From Candidatus Krumholzibacteriia bacterium (GTDB taxonomy: Bacteria; Krumholzibacteriota; Krumholzibacteriia; JAJRXK01), in contig JBGPIA010000001.1 in the NCBI GenBank assembly GCA_041484665.1, forward strand, positions 32,001 through 96,000: a stretch of 64,000 bases of DNA. The letters are read 5' to 3'. Made by a program: the position numbers and the translations under genes. The notes under the pieces were generated by a model. The model searched no databases and had not been told where the DNA came from. It saw only the letters and a list, made by a program, of their open reading frames with translations. Every line of letters begins with the position of its first letter. Position 1 is the stretch's first letter. Below, in pieces: positions 59,533-64,000 of this stretch.

Positions 59533-60575
59533 CCACTGCTCCCCTGCGCGAGCCGCGCCGCGCCGCGCGGGTCGCCATCGCCCGCGACCACGCCGCCCCG
59601 GGCCAGGGCTGCGTCCGGGAACGGGCTGCTCAGCGCGAACTCGGCGTCGGCTTCGAGCTCGGCGCGAATGGGCTCGGTCATGGCGTCCAATTGCTGCTCG
59701 CTGGCGAAGCCGTTGACCACCAGATAGCGGCGCAGGCGCGCGATCGGGTCGCGCGCGCGCCAGTACTCCACCAGCTCGAGAGGCACGTAGCCCGCGTCGT
59801 CATGCTCGGCGTGCCCCCTCATCCGGAAGGTCACCGCCTCGATCAGTGTCGGCCCCTCGCCGCGCCGCGCCCGGTGCACCGCGCGCGCCGTGGCGTGGTA
59901 CACCGCGATCACGTCGTTGCCGTCGACACGGTCGCCGCGCACGCCGTAGCCCTGCGCCCGGTCGACGATCCGGGAGTTGGCCATCTGCATCCCGGTGGGC
60001 GTGCTGTAGGCGTAGCCGTTGTTCTCCACGACCAGGATGAACGGCAGCTTCCACGCCGCCGCGAGATTGAGCCCCTCGTGGAAGTCACCGGTGGAAGTGC
60101 CGCCGTCGCCGATCCAGGTGAGGGCGACGTGATCCTCGCCGCGCATCTTCGCCGCCAGCGCCATTCCGGCGAGGACGGGAATGAGCGCGCCAAGCATGCT
60201 GATGGGCGCCACACAGTCGCGCTGCAGGTCACCGAAATGGAGGTTCACGTCGCGGCCGAATGTCGGCCCGGCGGCGCGCGCCATGTACTGGCAGAAGATC
60301 TCCCGCGGGCGGATCCCCTTGACCAGCAGGCTGCCGAGATTGCGGATCATCGGGCCGATCTTGTCCCCAGGACGGAGCGCGTAGGCGCTGCCGACGGAGG
60401 TCGCCTCCTGCCCGAAGCTGCTGTAGAGGCCGCCCACGATCTTGCCCTGGCGGTACAGCTTGCCGAGGCGATCTTCGACCAGGCGGTTCATGAGCATGAA
60501 CCGGTAGAGCTCTAGCAGCTGCTTCTCGCTGAGGCGGGCGGTGGTGTGTCGCAGCAGGTCGGGCGGGGCGTCCAT
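59520..60575 (-). CDS. 2-oxoacid dehydrogenase E1 alpha subunit
   Basis: GQEA, GDGGTSTGDFHEGLN...ENN TPP-binding motif, RMRGHAEHD; start taken as ATG 60575. Confidence 0.92.
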   Translation of the reverse strand: MDAPPDLLRHTTARLSEKQLLELYRFMLMNRLVEDRLGKLYRQGKIVGGLYSSFGQEATSVGSAYALRPGDKIGPMIRNLGSLLVKGIRPREIFCQYMARAAGPTFGRDVNLHFGDLQRDCVAPISMLGALIPVLAGMALAAKMRGEDHVALTWIGDGGTSTGDFHEGLNLAAAWKLPFILVVENNGYAYSTPTGMQMANSRIVDRAQGYGVRGDRVDGNDVIAVYHATARAVHRARRGEGPTLIEAVTFRMRGHAEHDDAGYVPLELVEYWRARDPIARLRRYLVVNGFASEQQLDAMTEPIRAELEADAEFALSSPFPDAALARGGVVAGDGDPRGAARLAQGSSGWLS

Positions 60576-60598
60576 GGGCTCGTGCGGGTCCCGGCCGC

Positions 60599-61999
60599 TC
60601 AGAAGGCCAGCGGATGCCCAGCGGCAGCATGGCTCGCCTCGGCCATCCCCTCCGCGAGCGTGGGGTGCGGGTGCACGATGCGCGAGAGCTCCTCGTTGGT
60701 GGCCTCCAGGCCCAGCAGCGCGCACGCCTCGCCGATCAGATCGGTGGCGTGCGGCCCGATGATGTGCACGCCCAGCAGCTCGTCATACCTGCACTCCCTG
60801 ACCAGCTTGATGAAACCGCCCGCCTCGCCCAGGATGCGCGCCTTGCCGCTGGCGGCCCACGGGAAGCTGGCGGCCACGACGTCGTAGCCCCGGGCTTTCG
60901 CCGCCGCTTCGGTGAGCCCAATGCTGGCCACCTCGGGGTGGCAGTACGTGCAACCGGGGATCTTGTCGTAGTCCAGCGGCCGCGTGGGAACGCCGGCGAT
61001 GGTCTCGGCCGCGACGATCCCTTCGGCCGACGCCACGTGGGCCAGCCACGGGGTGTTGACGAGATCGCCGATGGCGTAGACCCCCGGGAGACTGGCGCGC
61101 ATGTTGCCGTCGACCATGACGTAGCCCTTCTCGAGCGCCACCCCGGTCTCCTCCAACCCACAGTTCTCGCTGTTGGGGGCGCGCCCCACCGCCACCAGCA
61201 GCACGTCGACTGCCAGCGCCTGCTCCTGCTTGCCCTGCTCGAGCAGCAGCTGCACGGCGTTGCCTTCGACCGTCGCGGACTTCAGAGTCGCGTTGGTGCG
61301 CACCTCGATGCCCTGCTTCTTGAAGGCGCGCGCCAGCTCCGCGCTCACGTCCTCGTCCTCGATGGGCAGTACGCGCGGGAGCATCTCGATCAAGGTCGTC
61401 TTGCTGCCGAAGCGCGCGAAGATCGAGGCGAACTCGGTGCCTACGGCACCCGCGCCGAGCACCGCCAGCCGCCGCGGGACGTCCTGGATCTGCAGGATGT
61501 GATCGCTGGAGAGGATGCGGCGGCCATCCGTAGGGAACGCGCGCATCTCACGCGGGCGGCTGCCCATCGCCAGGATGATGCCCTTGCGTGACCGGAGGCT
61601 GCGCGCCTTGCCGCTCTCGGTCACCTCCACCGTGGAGGGGCCGGTGAGCCGCCCGCGACCGCGCTCCACGCTGATCTTGTGCTTCTTGAAGAGGAACTCC
61701 ACGCCCTTGGCGTTCTTGCTGACGGCGTCGTCCTTGCTGCGCATCACGGCGGGGAAGTCGATTGTGGCGTCGCCGACGCGCACGCCGCACCGCCCAGCGT
61801 CCCGGATCTGTGTCAGCAGGTCGGCGGCGTGCAGCATCACTTTGGTGGGGATGCAACCCCTCAGCAGGCAAGTGCCCCCCAGACGATCGTCGAACTCGAC
61901 GACCGCCGTGCTGAGACCCAATTGCGCACCCCGGATCGCCGCCACGTAACCGCCGGGTCCGCTTCCGATCACGACCAGGTCGTACTCGCGGTCTGCCAC
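60599..61999 (-). CDS. lpdA: Dihydrolipoamide dehydrogenase
   Basis: YDLVVIGSGPGGY, GGTCLLRGCIP, GAGAVG, HPHPTLAE; GTG 61999 after AAGGAG. Confidence 0.96.
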   Translation of the reverse strand: MADREYDLVVIGSGPGGYVAAIRGAQLGLSTAVVEFDDRLGGTCLLRGCIPTKVMLHAADLLTQIRDAGRCGVRVGDATIDFPAVMRSKDDAVSKNAKGVEFLFKKHKISVERGRGRLTGPSTVEVTESGKARSLRSRKGIILAMGSRPREMRAFPTDGRRILSSDHILQIQDVPRRLAVLGAGAVGTEFASIFARFGSKTTLIEMLPRVLPIEDEDVSAELARAFKKQGIEVRTNATLKSATVEGNAVQLLLEQGKQEQALAVDVLLVAVGRAPNSENCGLEETGVALEKGYVMVDGNMRASLPGVYAIGDLVNTPWLAHVASAEGIVAAETIAGVPTRPLDYDKIPGCTYCHPEVASIGLTEAAAKARGYDVVAASFPWAASGKARILGEAGGFIKLVRECRYDELLGVHIIGPHATDLIGEACALLGLEATNEELSRIVHPHPTLAEGMAEASHAAAGHPLAF

Positions 62000-62225
62000 C
62001 TCAGTGCTCCTTCTACCGCGCGTAGAGGGATTTCCAGCCGACCCGCCCGCGTTGGACGACCGCAGGCGGCTGGCCGGGCCTAAGGTATCACGAAATCGGC
62101 ACCTGCCAATGGCTGGAGGGGCTATTGGTTCCGACCAGTACGATCCGGATCTTGTCTTGATTGGTGCCAGGGGACGCACCGGCAGGACTCCGCCCCGGCC
62201 ACGCGCGCCACGGGAATGCCGTCGA

Positions 62226-62254
62226 TTGACCGCTGCGCTGCGTGGGCCTAAACT
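62226..62254 (+). promoter_or_regulatory. Sigma70-like promoter of the RiPP operon
   Basis: TTGACC (62226-62231), 17 nt spacer, TAAACT (62249-62254). Confidence 0.55.
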
Positions 62255-62331
62255 GTCCCCCGCCTCTGCCTCCCCCGACCGCCGCTCCCCACCGCCTCGA
62301 AGGAGATGCCTTGCAAGGAGATGCCCGGCCA

Positions 62332-62607
62332 ATGCGGGCCGAGCAGGTGAAGTGGCAGGAGATCGAGGGGGAAGGCATCCTCGTGAACCTCGAGACGGGC
62401 TACTATTTCAGCCTCAACCCGGTCGGCCTCTTCATCTGGAGCCACTGCGACGGTCAGCAGACCTGCCGGCAGATCGCCGCGGGTCTGGTCGAGCACTTCG
62501 ACGTGGACGAGGTGACGGCCTACCGGGATGTGGAGAGCTTCCTCGCGCAGATGGACGCCGAGGGCTTGCTTCGCGTGCTCCCTCCCCGCACGCCCGCGGA
62601 GCGCTGA
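62332..62607 (+). CDS. PqqD-family RiPP recognition element (lasso B1-like)
   Basis: WQEIEGEGILVNLETGYYFSLNPVGLFIW...IAAGLVEHFDVD...DVESFLAQM..EGLL. Start at 62332 (ATG) or 62311 (TTG), each behind a duplicated AAGGAGATGCC. Confidence 0.9.
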   Translation: MRAEQVKWQEIEGEGILVNLETGYYFSLNPVGLFIWSHCDGQQTCRQIAAGLVEHFDVDEVTAYRDVESFLAQMDAEGLLRVLPPRTPAER

Positions 62608-62621
62608 GTCCGAGGGCTCTC

Positions 62622-63044
62622 GTGCGGCTTGCGCGCTATTCATCTCCCGCTACCTGGCGCCGCTGTTGGCGCATGTTGCGAACCTGGTGGACGATGCCCA
62701 GCCGCATCCGCCGGCTGCCGTTGGATCAGCTGTTGGCCACCCTCGATCCACGCGGGCCGGTTCCGGCGGAGCGACCGGACACCGCCATAGAGATCGCCGA
62801 GATGGCTCGGTTCCTCCTGTACCGCACACCGCTGCCGCTACATAACACCTGCATGGTGCGCAGCCTCACCCTGTATCACTGCCTGCGCGCCGAGGGTGCC
62901 CCGGCCTCGGTCGTTTTCGGCGTGAAGCCGGGGAAGGAGATCCGCGAGGGACATGCCTGGCTTGAGCTTCGGGGAGAGCCTTACCTCGAGCCGGATGCGC
63001 GCCGCCGCGGATTTTCTCCGATTTTTCGCTATCCGCAGGACTGA
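62622..63044 (+). CDS. Lasso peptide B2-type leader peptidase (transglutaminase-like)
   Basis: TCMVRSLTLY...VVFGV...GHAWLE Cys-His-Glu motifs. Start at 62622 (GTG) or 62673 (ATG). Confidence 0.85.
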   Translation: MRLARYSSPATWRRCWRMLRTWWTMPSRIRRLPLDQLLATLDPRGPVPAERPDTAIEIAEMARFLLYRTPLPLHNTCMVRSLTLYHCLRAEGAPASVVFGVKPGKEIREGHAWLELRGEPYLEPDARRRGFSPIFRYPQD

Positions 63045-63063
63045 TCGGGATGGCCGGCTTGCC

Positions 63064-64000
63064 GTGAGCATCGTCCGGAGCTTCCAACTCCACGGGGAGC
63101 GGATCCGCATCGAGGCGCAAAGCGAGCCGTGGGCGGACTCCGTCGACGAGATCCTCGGCGCCTACCGCACGGTCGAGGAGGCCCGGGACGAGGCGACGAT
63201 TCGCGTCGCGCTCGCGGGAGAGCAACATCCCGCGCGCCTTCCCGCAGACCTTGAGCTGCGGTCCCGCTTCGAGGATCTGGAGTTTTGGTCCACCCGGGAC
63301 CACAGCGTTGTGTGGATCGATGTCCACGGCCGCGGGTGGGTCCGCGTCCAACCTGAGGCGGGAGAGATCGACGCCCGGCTGGCTCTCGACCCGCAGGCGG
63401 ACGGCTGGCTGGTGGCACACCACGCGTTCTATCCAGCGCTCCTGGAGGTCCTCAAGGAACGCGGGATGTTTCCCCTTCACGCCGGATTGGTCGCGCAGGG
63501 GGCAGGTGAGGGAGCGGAAGGTCTGCTCGTCTGCGGCGCCTCCGGCGCCGGCAAGACGACGCTCACGCTGGCACTGGCAGGGAAAGGCTGGTCGCTGCTG
63601 GGGGACGACACCTGCTTCCTGCGCAGTCGGGCAGGCGGCGTGGAGGGATTGGCCTTCTGGGAGGATCTCCACGTGACCGAGTCCACCCTGGATCGGTTCC
63701 CCGCGCTGTCGTTCCTGCGCCGCCAGCCGGTCCGGCGCGGTAACTGGAAGCGGCACTTCGGAATCCACGAGCTTTCTCAGCTCAAGGTGGCGGAGCGGGC
63801 ACCCCTGCGCTGGCTCTTGTTCCCCAGGGTCTGTGGCGTGCCCGCGACCGTGATCGATCCGCTCACTGGGGCGGAGGCGGTCCGCCGACTGGCACCGCAG
63901 AGCATGATCCCGATCCGGCCGGCCGTGGTGGCCGCCCAGCTGGCGGTGCTTGCGCAATTGGGGCGCACCGTCCGGGCGGCCGAGGTGCGGATGGGCACCG
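63064..64000 (+). CDS. HPr-kinase-like P-loop protein (partial; runs off right edge)
   Basis: Not in the ORF track. Manual translation from GTG 63064: ...FPLHAGLV...GLLVCGASGAGKTTLTLALAGKGWSLLGDDTCFL, i.e. LHA motif, Walker A and DD motif. Confidence 0.85.
   Translation, partial: MSIVRSFQLHGERIRIEAQSEPWADSVDEILGAYRTVEEARDEATIRVALAGEQHPARLPADLELRSRFEDLEFWSTRDHSVVWIDVHGRGWVRVQPEAGEIDARLALDPQADGWLVAHHAFYPALLEVLKERGMFPLHAGLVAQGAGEGAEGLLVCGASGAGKTTLTLALAGKGWSLLGDDTCFLRSRAGGVEGLAFWEDLHVTESTLDRFPALSFLRRQPVRRGNWKRHFGIHELSQLKVAERAPLRWLLFPRVCGVPATVIDPLTGAEAVRRLAPQSMIPIRPAVVAAQLAVLAQLGRTVRAAEVRMGT

Noticed and set aside
62109..62220. ORF from ATG 62109 (MAGGAIGSDQYDPDLVLIGARGRTG...) as the lasso precursor
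   Set aside because: It resembles PxLxxxG but the Tyr and Thr spacing is off, it has no RBS, lies upstream of the predicted promoter, and the frame does not stop until 63044.

Overview
A 64 kb, very GC-rich bacterial chromosomal segment, densely coding. I found no rRNA, tRNA, CRISPR array or transposase. The C-terminal 'SWGAVKALY' motif on a secreted CHRD protein and an FCB-type exbB-exbD-exbD-tonB/PstS-like/TPR cluster suggest an Eisenbacteria/Latescibacterota/Krumholzibacteria-like organism (inference only). Housekeeping content: GT2 and GT39-like glycosyltransferases, a TusA + PP-loop thiolation pair, a TrmH methylase, an ArsR-methyltransferase (SahR-like)-ahcY-lat-add SAM-recycling run, glcDEF, acs, a short LeuA-family enzyme, orphan GroES, CHAD, aceB-aceA, an amidohydrolase pair, an RluA synthase, class II Fba and a complete lpdA-E1a-E1b-E2-lipB-lipA 2-oxoacid dehydrogenase cluster. 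Accessory content: three ECF sigma modules (anti-sigma + VIT/vWA; Ser/Thr kinase; anti-sigma + CHAT-gene remnant), an ABC ATPase with a permease-M1 peptidase fusion, a TonB/ExbBD module with no transporter in the window, and at the right edge the start of a lasso-type RiPP cluster (RRE/PqqD, B2 peptidase, HPr-kinase-like). Several lesions are not obvious from the ORF track: an in-frame TAG in the SahR-like gene, an esterase pseudogene fragment, a frameshift and conserved-site substitutions in aceA/aceB, a G7 frameshift and a CHAT-gene stump. All family assignments come from motif recognition by eye; no database search was run.
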